DNA of 64,000 bases from Convolutriloba macropyga (taxonomy: Eukaryota), in NCBI RefSeq assembly GCF_964194025.1, contig NC_134482.1, forward strand, positions 42,656,001-42,720,000, read 5' to 3'. The notes under the pieces are model-generated. The model was not told the origin of the DNA. It saw only the letters and a list, made by a program, of their open reading frames with translations, and made no database searches. This document shows, piece by piece, positions 35,689 to 48,300 of this stretch. How positions within the stretch are numbered: the first letter of the stretch is position 1; each line of letters opens with the position of its first letter. The position numbers and the translations under genes were made by a program.

Positions 35689-36734
35689 GTTTGATCGAAT
35701 CGGTTTTTGTTGCTCTCAGGTTGTGATCGAGTATGCGAGCTGAAGGTGGCCCGAGAAGTCGAATGATTTGAAGTTTCTGCTTGGAAATTTCCGTTTTATG
35801 AAATTGGTTTCGCAGTTAGATGTACAATGAGTCCTACAATATGTCTGGCCTCTATTTTTGCCACCCGGGAAGTTGTCCTTAAAATTTCAACTCTGTGAAA
35901 ACTTTATTGAAAAATGATATTATTTGTTTTAGTACATTGCTTATAGAGGAATAAAATTCGGTTTTCAGTCGCTTTTTTCTCGCCAAGTTTTTTCTCGAAT
36001 TTAAGTGTCGATGGAGTAATCAGATAGAACAAATATGTGAACAGAATGTTAAGAAAAAAAACTAAAGCAGGCCGATTTCGCAGCGATATTTGGTCATGTT
36101 CTGTCCGATGCACAAATCTTGGGTCTTCTGTTTACAAAGTTGTTTTTGACATAAAGTTTTCCAAAGTGCTTAAAGTCAATGAGAGCTTAAAGGTACTAGG
36201 ACAAACGATTACAAGGACAATAATTCGAAATAGACGTCATTCAAGTTGCTTACTGACCAATCATTTAAGCAATCACTAATAATAGTGCGTTCGACACATC
36301 ATTCATTCATTCATATCTAGTCGCACGGAGATAAGGCATGGCCATGGCTCGTGACGAATGACCAGATTAGGTAAGCTCAAAATAACGTTTAATTTCAGCC
36401 AATGAGAATAAATTATTTTAAATATTTTGTCCCCAAAAGCACTGTGGAATAAGATGTTTCAAATTTGCAGTTGAGTGTTTTAAATAACATTAAAGAACTG
36501 CGTAAGCAATTCAATTGTTTTCTCCGCTGTTATTGTTCCTAGATTTCTTCAGAAGTTGAGGAATAAAGTGTCATCATTTTTTTGAAACAGATTTGAATTT
36601 TACTTTTAACTGGATTCAAGCAATTTGAAAATCTTTTGAAAATTTATCGGAATTTTACCGAAATTTGAAATTTTATCGGAAATGGAGGCATTTGTGAACG
36701 TGTTTAAAACAAAAAAAATGCGAATTGTTTTTTT

Positions 36735-38697
36735 AATAGCCGCACAGCGATAGCTGGGGCTATTATTGGCCTTCTCTTGGTTTTTTCTTACGACTCGAAA
36801 AGGAGTATTGGTCTTCTTTGAAAATTGGCACATATTTCTTGATTTTTTAGGTAATTTTTGGATTTTTTTTTCTATTAATTCATTCATTTTTGGATCTTTT
36901 AACTGTCGTTTTGTCAAAAATCAGTTAATATGGCAACTTCCTTTTGATAATTCATATACTCGACGCCTCTTTCTACCTCGATGTAATTTTGTTTTATAAA
37001 ATTGCACATATGCTAATCCGATTTTGGTAGTTTTTTTTCCGATTTTTGTCAGTTTTTTGTATTTTGGTTTTGATGACTAGAAATAGTCTTTTTGTGCAAC
37101 ATGAAGGACTTAATTTTTGTTTCAATAAAAACTCAATCATTTGTTGGCGTTAAGTTTTTGAAAAACAGTCAAAACTTTTTCATAAATGCAGTCTTAAAAG
37201 TTTTTTGACCATTTTTTTTGCAAAATGTTTGAATTATTCGTATGCTTAATTTCTTTTTTTCCTATTTTTTGTTTTCTTCAGAAGGATAGATCTTTGTATC
37301 GGATGACTGTTTATCTTTTCTATGTTTCGAATGCTGATTAGTGAAATTTTGTTGATTTTTTTAATCGATTTTTAACTTTCAAAAATCAAGAATGTCTTTG
37401 TTGCGGTTTTCATTACATGGGGCCCATATTCTTCAGATTATAGTTAGTATCGTTCTAGCTTTCTCCTGGAACCTACATTTATTTTCGGTATATTGATTTT
37501 TTCAGTTGTTAAAAATGAATGATTTCAGCTTTTTCTTAGATTTTCGTCATTTCTTTGGTTTGCAATTGATTTCATTCAACATAGGGCAGTACTGAGAGTT
37601 TGATAGCAACTCTTTTCCAAAATGTCCGCTTATGAGTTATTACTGCTACTTTCTTCCGGCCTTGGTATTAATTTAAACGTTTTTTTGCCTTTCAATATTC
37701 TTCTGCTGCTTAATTCTTTTCTATGATCAGTTTAATTTTTGAATTAGTATGAAATCATGTTGTCTAGCATATGTACAACAAGGAACAAGTATGTATTGTT
37801 TTTTTTGTGTTTTTTGCAGTTATTAGAAGTGTAATTATAGGTGTTTTCTGATTCTTAAATTTGAGCTTTCTTTTTTGAAAAGATTTAACTTAGATTCTAA
37901 GATTATTATCTGCCGTTTGCTTTCGTGATCTTTTTCAGATTAGAATTATGAATTATTTGAGGGCAATTGATAACCTTGTCAGCTTTCTTCAGACTATTAA
38001 TTCGGATTACTACAGATTATTTCGGATTTTTTAACGTTACCAAACGTTTTTTTATTAATATAAAATTTTGCTGCATTTTGGTTCTCTTGGTGACAATGGT
38101 TCAAGTTTCACCAATTTTTAGAGCAGACCGGGAGAAGTAGTGAGTTAATAGTTTAATACAAAAGATAATGGCTTCCGCTGCAATTACGGTTTTGTTTGAA
38201 TTTTTGACGCTTCGAGTCGCTTCCGGAATTCTTCCGGCTATTTATTTTATTTCGTCGTCGCGATTTTTGTTACGACCATATAACGTCAAAACCACTTCAA
38301 ATCTGTTTTTGTTCATTCATCCATGCAATTTGAACTGAAGTGCGTGCAAGACATCATCTTTCGCTCTTAGAGTTTTTTTGTTCATTCGCGTGATTAAATT
38401 TTTGGTCACACTTGGCTTACCTCACTCTCAAAAATGACTTCCTCACTTTGAAATTGACTTTTATTTACATTAAATCAAAGAGATAAGGTCAAGTGGGTGT
38501 GTGTCACTCTAAATGAAGGTTATTTGAGAGTAGCTAATAGAGGCAGCAAAAACTTAGAGATTTTAAACTAAAATATTACATATCAGCCTTCAGTGAAAAG
38601 ACGATTTTTTTGGTCTGCCTTTTTACTGTTTTTTTTTATACTGCAGATCTACGAATCTATTGCGGCTATTTTCTGGCAATCTGCCAGCTATGTTTTT
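36735..38697 (+). mobile_element. Family-1 HINE-like element with the same ends as 20869-21774 but a different, about 1.45-kb interior
   Basis: Identical 5' aatagccgcacagcgatagctggggctattattggccttctcttgg. 38240-38697 matches 21325-21774, including GCGGCTATT + ctggca-atc-tgccag. Confidence 0.72.
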
Positions 38698-39263
38698 GTT
38701 TGTGTTTTCTCTTTTGTTTTGCAGGAGCCACCGAAAGTAGACTCCAGTATCTTGACTTGATTCTGTCCTATAATTCTGAATGGCCAAGAAATTTCTCTGA
38801 AGCTCATGTTTCCTAGTTTAAATTTTTCTGAGAACTCTCGCTCTTCTTGCGGGCATTAACACGGATTTTTTTACGACTAAAGTAATTTGAAAACAGAGAA
38901 CAATTGAAATGTACATCGAAAACTGGTAACACTGTTTTTGCAAGAGCCTCTTTAATTTGCAATGAAAAAATCTCAAACAACCTTATGATACCTTTGCAGT
39001 CCATGCAGTAGCTATGCATGTATCAGATGAAAACTAAGACAACAAGAGATACACAAAGGCAAAAAAGCTAAAACTGGTCGAAAAAAGCAAACAAGGCAAT
39101 TTGTTTGGAAAAAATTTAATGGAAACTAAGGAAACTCAATCATATCCTTTTGAAAAAAAAAGTTTTAGTTTTTAAGTTCACTGAAAATTTTGAAAAACGA
39201 AAATTTATGCTTGATAATAGTGAAAAAGATGTAAAAACTCAAAAATTTTACTTGATCAGTTTT

Positions 39264-39759
39264 TGTGATGGTTTCAAAGAAACATCAAGAAACTTAGAAG
39301 TTTTCTTTTAAAGTTTCAAAGAACGAAGGAAGATTTTACCTGACGAACTTTATTGCTGTGTCGATAAGCAATGGCCACAAAACTAAACTCAATTCTAATT
39401 TTGTTTTGACGCTATCATTATCTTATTGACCTATCAATCATATGTCAGAAGTAAATTCTCCCACCAACAGAAACCTGATTCTTATATCCACCGACCTCCA
39501 ACTAATGAATTCGCTTGTACCCAAGCCATATATGATTCTCATGAATTGTTGATGAATATAGAAAATCACCTCCGGGATTAGGAGTTAAGATCTATTCGCA
39601 TGCCAATCATTTAAAATAATTTTAGTTAATCTAAATTTTCTCTATATTTTTGCATAGATAACTACTATAATTACAAGATGCTTTTGGATATTTTCAGTTC
39701 AAAATTTAATTTAAAATTCAACTTATCGAATTCTTTGACCCGTGTTATCGACCACGACA
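39264..39759 (+). repeat. 5' LTR
   Basis: tgtgatggtttc...cgaccacgaca. Aligns to 43851-44351 with a few tens of differences by eye. Confidence 0.93.
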
Positions 39760-39794
39760 ATTGTGTCCAGAACAGCTACAGACAGAAAAATTTT

Positions 39795-42700
39795 GGATCT
39801 ACAGAATGCAGAATCAGCTACTGCGTGGATTGTCTTTTGTGGCGAAATGTCGCGCAGAGAAGAAAGAGGACAAGGTCAACACCGATGGTACTGTACAGGA
39901 CCTACAGGTAACCAATCTCTTCCTTAGTATGTGCGGGCAAGATGCAATTATTAAACTTAGGAGCCTAATGAGTCCTAGGATTTTGATAGACACTCCGTAT
40001 AAAGACATCAGATTGGCGATTCAAAATTATTTTTCTAAAGAGAGAGTAGTAACGGCAGAAAGGGCTAAATTTCTGTCCGTAATACAAGGTGTAGGGGAGT
40101 CATACGACGACTTCCTGGCACGTCTTAGAGAAGAAGCACGCTATTGTGACTTCGAAAAACTGAAAAAAGCGGCCAACCCCAAAGAGGAGTTGGTAAAAAT
40201 AAAGTTTATCTCAGGTTTGAGGGACCTTGAAGCAAAACTTAAGACTACTAGACGGTATTAAAGCAAAACAGGCAATGTCGGTTACTGAACTGACCGAGAG
40301 CTTACAGTTCAGAAGTCAAGCAATGGCTTCTGCAAGTTCTTCATAAGCCCTTTACTGTGAAAGAAGAAGTTGGGCTCTCGAAAACCAAATAAAAAACTAC
40401 GGCTAATAAAAGCAACAACATGTGCACTAGGTGTGGAGGTAAGCCACACTCTAGTAGACCCTGTCCAGCACTAAGTAAAAAAATGCAACAACTGTGAAAA
40501 TGTGGGACACTTCTCAGACGGTATTAAAGCAAAACAGGCAATGTCGGTTACTGAACTGACCGAGAGCTTACAGTTCAGAAGTCAAGCAATGGCTTCTGCA
40601 AGTTCTTCATCAGCCCTTTACTGTGAAAGAAGAAGTTGGGCTCTCGAAAACCAAATAAAAAACTACGGCTAATAAAAGCAACAACATGTGCCCTAGGTGT
40701 GGAGGTAACCCACACTCTAGTAGACCCTGTCCAGCACTAAGTAAAAAATGCAACACCTGTGAAAATAGGGGACACTTCTCAGAAATGTGTAGAAGCAAAC
40801 CCCAACCAATTTCAGGTAAGTACAATAAACAGAATAACTTTGGCGAAGAAGAAAATGTTTCTTCAAAGCAAGTATCTCCAGCATCGGAGATGGGAATGTT
40901 TTATACTATAGAACAAATCTTTAGCATGTCTGTGACATGGGAATATGTCTCAATAAATAACTGCAATTTAAAAATGCAGGTGGACACAGGTGCAGATAGC
41001 ACAGTGATATCAAAAATATGGACTGACCTTGGTAAACTTCAGTTGGATGGTAAGATAAGACATCTCGAAGCTTATGATGGTCATCAATTAATGCTTCCGG
41101 GATCACTTACTTGTGACGTTGAGTGGAACGGAAGCAGGCTCACGCAAAAGCAACTAGCAGTTGTGCAGTCTGATAAAGAATTTGGACTACTTGGTAGAGA
41201 CCTTCTACCCAAGTACGGTGTCAACAACATCACAGCCGAGCACCAACCTGCTGTGAAGGGTTACAAAGTTCATGTGAAGTTGATACCAGAAACACAGGCA
41301 ATGTTCTGCAAAGCCAGAAAAATACCTCTACCTCTTCAAGACAAGGTCACAGAGAAGCTGGAACAAATGGTTAGACAAGGCATTCTTGAACCGTTACAGC
41401 AAGGAGGAGTCACTAATGCATCTCCAGTGGTGTTGCAGAGAAAGAAGAATGGAGAATCGAGACTTTGCGTGGACTTGAAAGTGCACATCAATGGCAAGGT
41501 CATGGATGAGGACTACCCAATACCAGACATGGAGACGATCTTCCACAAACTTCATGGGGCCTCATACTTTGGCAAAATTGACCTCTCAGATGCCTACTAT
41601 CAAATTGAACTTGACGAAGAAGCAAAAGATATATGCACAATCAGGGACTGTTCAAGATGCGCCGACTACCTCAGGGGTCTTCCAGAAATGCATCGAATCA
41701 ACACTCAAAGGAATCAAAGGTGTTGTGATCTTTCAAGACGATGTATTGGTGTATGGAGCCACCAAGGACTAGCTTGACAAGAAAATGCTTGCAGGCAAGA
41801 GTCGACTACGCGAGAAAAATTTTACTATTAATGGGAAAAAATCTAACTCAAAACCAGTCGATAGCGTTAGCTTTTTGGGATACTGAAAAGACATTTCAAA
41901 GGAGGGAATAGCACCAGATCCCAAACATATTGAAAAAATAAAAATTGCAAAAGCACCAACTAACAGCAATCAACTCGATTCGTTTGTTGGGCTAGCTAAT
42001 TTTTACGGAACAATGATTCCTGATTTTGCAACAAAAATGCTACCTTTAAATAACATGAGAAATAGCGATTTCTCATGGGGCAAAATGCAACAAAAAGCCT
42101 TCGTAGACATAAAAAATGAATTATGCGCTAACCCACTAATACAGCCATATAGTCTACAAAAAGAAGCAACAGTTACTACTGACGCCTCTGAAAAAGCCAT
42201 TGGCGGGGTTTTTTCGCAAGAAGGACTTCCAGTCATATATGTATCGAAAAAATTGACTCCAGCGGAGCAAAACTACTCGAACATAGAGCGGGAAGCACTG
42301 GCAATTGTGTTTGTGGTCACAAGACTTAAGCAATTCCTTTTTGGAAGACGGTTTGCCCTACAGACTGACCACAAACCACTCAAATATCTCTTTGCACCAG
42401 ACGGGGAGATCCCGAAGACAGCATCAGCGAGAATCACAAGATGGGCAATAGCTCTAGTGGGTTTCGACTATGAGTTGAAGTACAAATCAGGAGAGCAGAT
42501 ACTCCATGCCGATGCTTTGAGCAGAATGGATTTTGACGAAGACGAATCGGACAACGATCGAGTGTGCTTCGCAATCAATAACATCTTCTTCGCCCAGAGT
42601 GATTTGGTGACCCAAGCAGAAATCAAAATTGAACTTGGATTAAACCGATTCTTTGAGGACACAGTGAAACGAATCAAAAGCGGCAATCGGAAACAATTTT

Positions 42701-43855
42701 CAGAAGCGGAAAAAGGATTCGAACAACAGAAAGATGTACTTACTTTACATAATGGAATCGTCTTTAGAGGTGTTGTTCCTTTCATTCCACCCAAACTGCG
42801 ACACTTGGTTTTGACAAAAGCGCATGAGACACATCCCGGGAAGAATGCAACTGAGGCATCAGTCAGAATGATAGCATGGTGGCCTGGCATTACCCAAGAC
42901 GTTCAACACTTTGTTAGTAAATGTAAGATTGTCAAATGATCAGGCCTAGCCTGGGAAAAACAGTCTCCACGTGGCCAGAAGCCGACGTTTGGGAACGGCT
43001 CCCCATGGAGTGGGGTTATGTTAAGGACCAAGGCAATATCTTAGTAATTGTTGACGCGGGTTCCGGTTGGATAGAAGCTTTCTCCGCGGGAAATTGAACA
43101 TCAGGAACAGTTAAAATATATCTTTGTTAAATCTTTGCAAGATTCGGAATACCAAAAACTTTAGTATCTGATAATGGTCCTGAATTTGTAAGTGGTGATC
43201 TTAAACAGTGGTGTGAATCACTGGGATTTAAGAAAATGGAATCACCCGTCTATCATCCAAGAGCTAATAGACTAGCTGAAAGAGCAGTTCAAACAGTGAA
43301 GCAGGCACTTAAAGCGTGGAGTCCCAATTTTAATGTGTCATTTGGAGCATTCCTGCTAGGGGCACTTATGACATATCGCAACACTTCAAAACGAGAGGCA
43401 AAACTCCAGTTGAACTCTTGTTGGGACGCAGAGTGAGAATACCAGCAATAGCAGATTTCGACTTGTGCGAACCCATTCTATTCATGGCCAAAGAAAAGTC
43501 AAAGACAGTTCCTGCTACCTTCATCAGGAAGGGCGTGAACACATCTTTCATACAGCCCAAAAACTCAGCATAGACTATTTTAGTGAGCGACAACCGAATT
43601 GCGAGACTAGAAGAGGACAATGTGAAAACTGAACGAGCAGTGGAGGAGACCATATCTCAATCAGAACAACAACTTCAGAACACAAATGTGGGACCTTCAC
43701 TTCAAGATGAAGCTTCTGCAGCCACATCATCTGCAGAGCACCAACAAACCGAAACCTCAGAGCCTTCACTAACATCAACAAGAAACAGAAAACAATCCGA
43801 CAGATTTGGAGAGCCTATACCCACACACTTGCTTAAAAAAGGAGGGAGGATGTGA
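39795..43855 (+). pseudogene. Gypsy gag-pol, broken by frameshifts, stops, small RT deletions and a 266-bp duplication
   Basis: ORF pieces 39761..40261, 40686..41777, 41491..41772, 42013..42939, 43236..43436 and 43583..43855 are consecutive gag/pol segments. Confidence 0.88.
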
Positions 43856-44351
43856 TGGTTTCAAAGAAACATCAAGAAACTTAGAAGTTTTCTTATTAAA
43901 GTTTCAAAGAACGAAAGAAGAACTTACCCGACGAACTTTATTGCTGTGTCGATAAGCAATGGCCACAAAACTAAACGAAATTCTAATTTTGTTTTGGCGC
44001 TATCATTATCTTATTGACCTATCAATCATATGTCAGAAGTAAATTCTCCCACCAACAGAAACCTGATTCTAATATCCACCGACCTCCAACTAATGAACTC
44101 GATTGTACCCAAGCCATATACGATTCTCATGAAATGTTGATGAAAATAGAAAATCACCTCCGGGATTCGGAGTTAAGATCTATTCACATGCCAATCTAGT
44201 AAAATGTTTTTTAGCTAATCTAAATTTTCTCTGTATATTATCGCATAGAAAACTACTATAAACACAAGGTAATTTTTGTATATTTTCAGTTCAAAATTTA
44301 GTTTAAAATTCAACTTATCGAAATCTTTGACCCGTGTTATCGACCACGACA
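43851..44351 (+). repeat. 3' LTR
   Basis: Follows the PPT; same termini as the 5' LTR. Confidence 0.93.
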
Positions 44352-45221
44352 GTTTTATTACGCGAATAATTGAAATGTCCTTTCAATGAAAATGCGACAT
44401 TGTCGAGACCAACAAAAAAGGTGATTAAAGTTTAACAAAACAGGTGCCATAGACTGTTAATATTAGAAAGTAAGCAGAGTCTACAAACTTTTTGTAAAAC
44501 GTCTAATCTGTATTGACTAAATCAGTCCTGATTTGAATCAAAAAAGTAAATTAAACTCTCAAATCAATGGAAAAGCTACAGAAACAATCAAAGAGAAAGG
44601 GAAAATATTTCCCAGAAATCTTAAGATTATTTTCCCAAAAAAATTTTCAAGAGAATTTAAGATACCATTCTCGTCCATCCCGTAACTTTAAGTTCATCAT
44701 ATGATACATTAGACCACAATAAACAATTTTGGGAAAAAAAATTGAACTAAATTTCTTAATTCAACTTTGCAACAGAAATTCAACTTTGCAACACTAATCG
44801 ATGAAAACAGTCTTCAAAACACTGTTTAAAATTTAAAATACATTTCCCATTGATTAAAAACTGTCAAACCTGATTAAAAAACCAAAAATTGCATTCTTTT
44901 TGTAGACTGTATTAATTAGGAGAAGCCCCTAAGACGTCATCTGTAGAATGTTCAAAACATCGAAATGATTAAAACTTGTCCTAAAATGGAAACTAGTTAG
45001 AACATTCAACAATATAAGTTTGTCCTTTAAAAAAGTGCGTAATCGTGTTTAATCAGAGTTTCAATTGGTCAAAATTGTTCCCTCGCAAGTTACGGTTTGA
45101 CATATGAGAGAAAACTACCGCTCAAAAGCCACAGCTAAGAACAAAGCCGATTTAAAATGAGGAGATATCTGCATATGGATGAAAGTTATCTGTATTGGAG
45201 CAAAAATTCGTTACCTTCATT

Positions 45222-45351
45222 NNNNNNNNNNNNNNNNNNNNNNNNNNNNNNNNNNNNNNNNNNNNNNNNNNNNNNNNNNNNNNNNNNNNNNNNNNNNNNN
45301 NNNNNNNNNNNNNNNNNNNNNNNNNNNNNNNNNNNNNNNNNNNNNNNNNNN
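45222..45351. other. N-run
   Basis: Run of N. Confidence 0.97.
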
Positions 45352-48300
45352 GGGTGTGTGTGTGATCTCAATCAAATATCACATTTTCTCCGTCTGCCTC
45401 TGTGGTCTTTATTTCTTGGTTTTGACACGAAAGCCTCTCCTTTCAACTCTTTTGCCAGGCTCTATCTCTCACAATTTGGAAAAGCTGTCGAGTGCGCGTC
45501 GCTTTCGACATCATGATCTTCATGCCTTTTTTGCCCATGCGGGTGTTGAATTCTTCTGTAATCACGCATAGAGTCGAGCGAGCCCTCCTCTAAATTTGTC
45601 TGCGCAACACCATTTCTTTTCTGTAGTTTTTTTGTTTGGTCCTGCTTTACATCAATTGATTTAGAAACTTTGCTCCAAGGGTTCTTCTTTTCTGTTTCAC
45701 TGTTGGAAAGATCAAAAACTGAAATATCTACGAACATTTGATTTTATTGTTGATTGAACAATTGAACATTTGATTTTGATTGAGTTGAATGGCTTTCTAA
45801 TCCTATTCCAAAAGCGTTAAAGGTCCAGCTCTTTAAAAGTCTAGTGGGGGTTTGTTTCCGCTGGGGTTTATTTTCTATCTCAGATTAGGTGGTTTTTTTT
45901 CCGTGGGTTTTTCCCCGAAACCGAATTCCATGGCATAGTTTCTGAAATGGCACGAAGGACAGTAACACAAATGAAAACCTTACCAACTAGCTGGTTGAAT
46001 TTTTAAGAACCTTTTCAAGCAGAAACAATGCAACAAAACTCCTCAAGAGAAGCAAAAATTGCAGAAAACTGCTAACATAAAGACAGAAACTTCTTGCTAG
46101 TTTGCCACTGAGTTTTACATCAACTAGAATGAACAGAAATAGGGTTCTAATTGCTGTGATGAGGAGGAAGACACGATTCCTGGGTTTCTAGAAATGTATA
46201 GGCATATATCGTTTTGTATTTGTGCAGGATTACTTTTTAAATGCTGTGCAACAACTTGAAGTAATTTGATTCCATGATTGACGCCAAGTTTCAGAAGCAC
46301 GACAATTTCTTTTCAAAAAAGTCGCATATATCCAAAACATCATTTTCACAAAATTTTTTAATGGTTGCAACTTTCTTTGAACTCAACTTTCTTTAATAGT
46401 TACAACTTTCTTTGGTTGTTGGTTTATTTTTTTTAGAAAATCTATCTCGCGTTTACTTTGTTGGTGACCTATTAAGCAACTCTTTTTGGTTAACAAAAAG
46501 TGTGCATTGCAATATTCTCAATATTTGGTATCATATAATAGGACACTAGAAATTCAACAAAATAATTATATAAAACTGATTTTTGATATTTTTCAAGTAG
46601 ATTATTAATTTCTCTCGAAGCAAACTGAAAACAATTATTGTAAAAATGTGTGCATCTTTTTAATGGATATTTTTTGTTTGACGATTATTGCAATTTTGTT
46701 CTAGAACATCTAAATTGCCCCGCCTTTTGTTTGATTACAATTCTTCCACTGCTAGTCGGTTTAGGTCATTACATTTTATTATGCTTTTGATGAAAAATAC
46801 AACGAAATATACAACGCATGCAAGACATTCAATTGGCCGAAACTTGTCCAGTAATGTTTCTTGAGAAGAACCTAACCAAAATCAACAAAAAATGATCTCT
46901 TTTTTTCTAAACTCCAACTCCATGAACCTTCAAAAAAGTGTATTAATTACCTTACAAAAAAGTGTCAACAACTTGCTGCAAATAATGTCTACAACTATCA
47001 ACAAGGCTATAACTATAACATTTACAGCAACCAAAAAAGGGACGAAATACGATGTGGAGCCAAGCCCTACTGGGTGATATGAATATTTTTTTGTTAAGAT
47101 CATTTTTCACAACTTGAAGTACTGAATCGTTGATGAAGTTGAATAGTGGATAAGAAGCAAAATTACAGAAGTAGATACTCCCAAATTTTTCTGCTTTGAA
47201 TTCAGACACTTGAAATTTTTCTTCAAAAGTTGTCCGAACCGAACGGCCGAGATATTATGGAAATGAGTGTCTTGAAGCGGAGAGTCTCCGTGATCGTCTC
47301 TTTAGATCCGCAAAATTACCTGCATCTTTTTTCAGCAAAATTTTTTGATATTGTCATAAAATTCTATTAAAAAAATTGAGATAAGCAGAATTGAGAAAAA
47401 AAAGCATCAGAAAAGAGTATTTAGCAGCTCCCGTAACAGTTCATTGAAAAAGAGACAATAGTTAGTAAAACTCAACATGCTTTTCTCTAGCTTCCGCCCA
47501 AGTGGCTACTTTTTTTCAGTTTTCCTTTTTCCCCAAATATCGTGATTATGCAAGTTGTATTGCTCACGTTTCAATATTGGTTATTACCACCCCCATTCCA
47601 AAATGCAAAAATAGAATTCTGGATTATTCTTAAAAATATCAGATTTGAAATGTGTTTTTAGTGGTTCCAGTTTTAATGAGTTTCAGATATTTTTTTGAGC
47701 TATTTTTATAAAGCTGCAATCTTTTACCGCAAGTTTTTTAAAATTTGCACAGTATGCAGAATCATTTTGCACCTGAAGTTACAAAAAGCAAAAATTACAC
47801 AAAGCACGTTATTGTCACCTTCCCCCACAAGGATAGAGAACTGGAATGAGGCATTGTTTCAAAAGCAATCGTCTTTAATGAGGATTTACAGGATTTTCAA
47901 AATTTTGTGAACAATTAACTTTTCACTTATTTTTTGATTACATTTATGGGATTTTTTGGTCAATTATCTTTAGTTTTGGATCAATTATGTTATTAATTTC
48001 AACATTTTATTGGAATAGTAGCTGTCACGCTATTGAAAGTCTTTTATCGGTGTCATCAGGGTTCTGTTGGATTAAAATGTTTTAATTTCGTTAACAATTT
48101 TTCAGTTTTTAGAGCAATTTTTTTCACGTGCGGCCATTCGATTTCATATTTCAATTTTGTTCCTCATTTTTTATCCAATTTATAGTACAATGGATGCAAT
48201 TGTTTTAATGGTACCTAGATACTGTTGACTGGACTGCTCTCAGAGCAACAAACAATTTTCTGATTTTGAATATGTTAATTTTCATTATCATGAAGATTTT

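Larger units (their letters stand above)
39264..44351 (+). mobile_element. Full-length, decayed Ty3/Gypsy LTR retrotransposon (Mag-like), GTTTT TSD
   Basis: TG...CA LTRs at both ends. GTTTT at 39259-39263 and 44352-44356. PPT aaaaaaggagggagga at 43835-43850. Order gag (two CCHC knuckles) - PR (VDTGA) - RT (FQDD) - RH (TDAS..AIGG) - IN (HETHPG, DNGPEF, AERAVQT). Confidence 0.95.

Noticed and set aside
44014-44199. 61-aa ORF inside the 3' LTR
   Set aside because: Non-ATG start, interrupted by TAG in the 5' LTR copy, and no motif.
45352-45737. - strand 91-aa ORF next to a gap
   Set aside because: No recognisable motif or clear splice context, and other frames contain stops.
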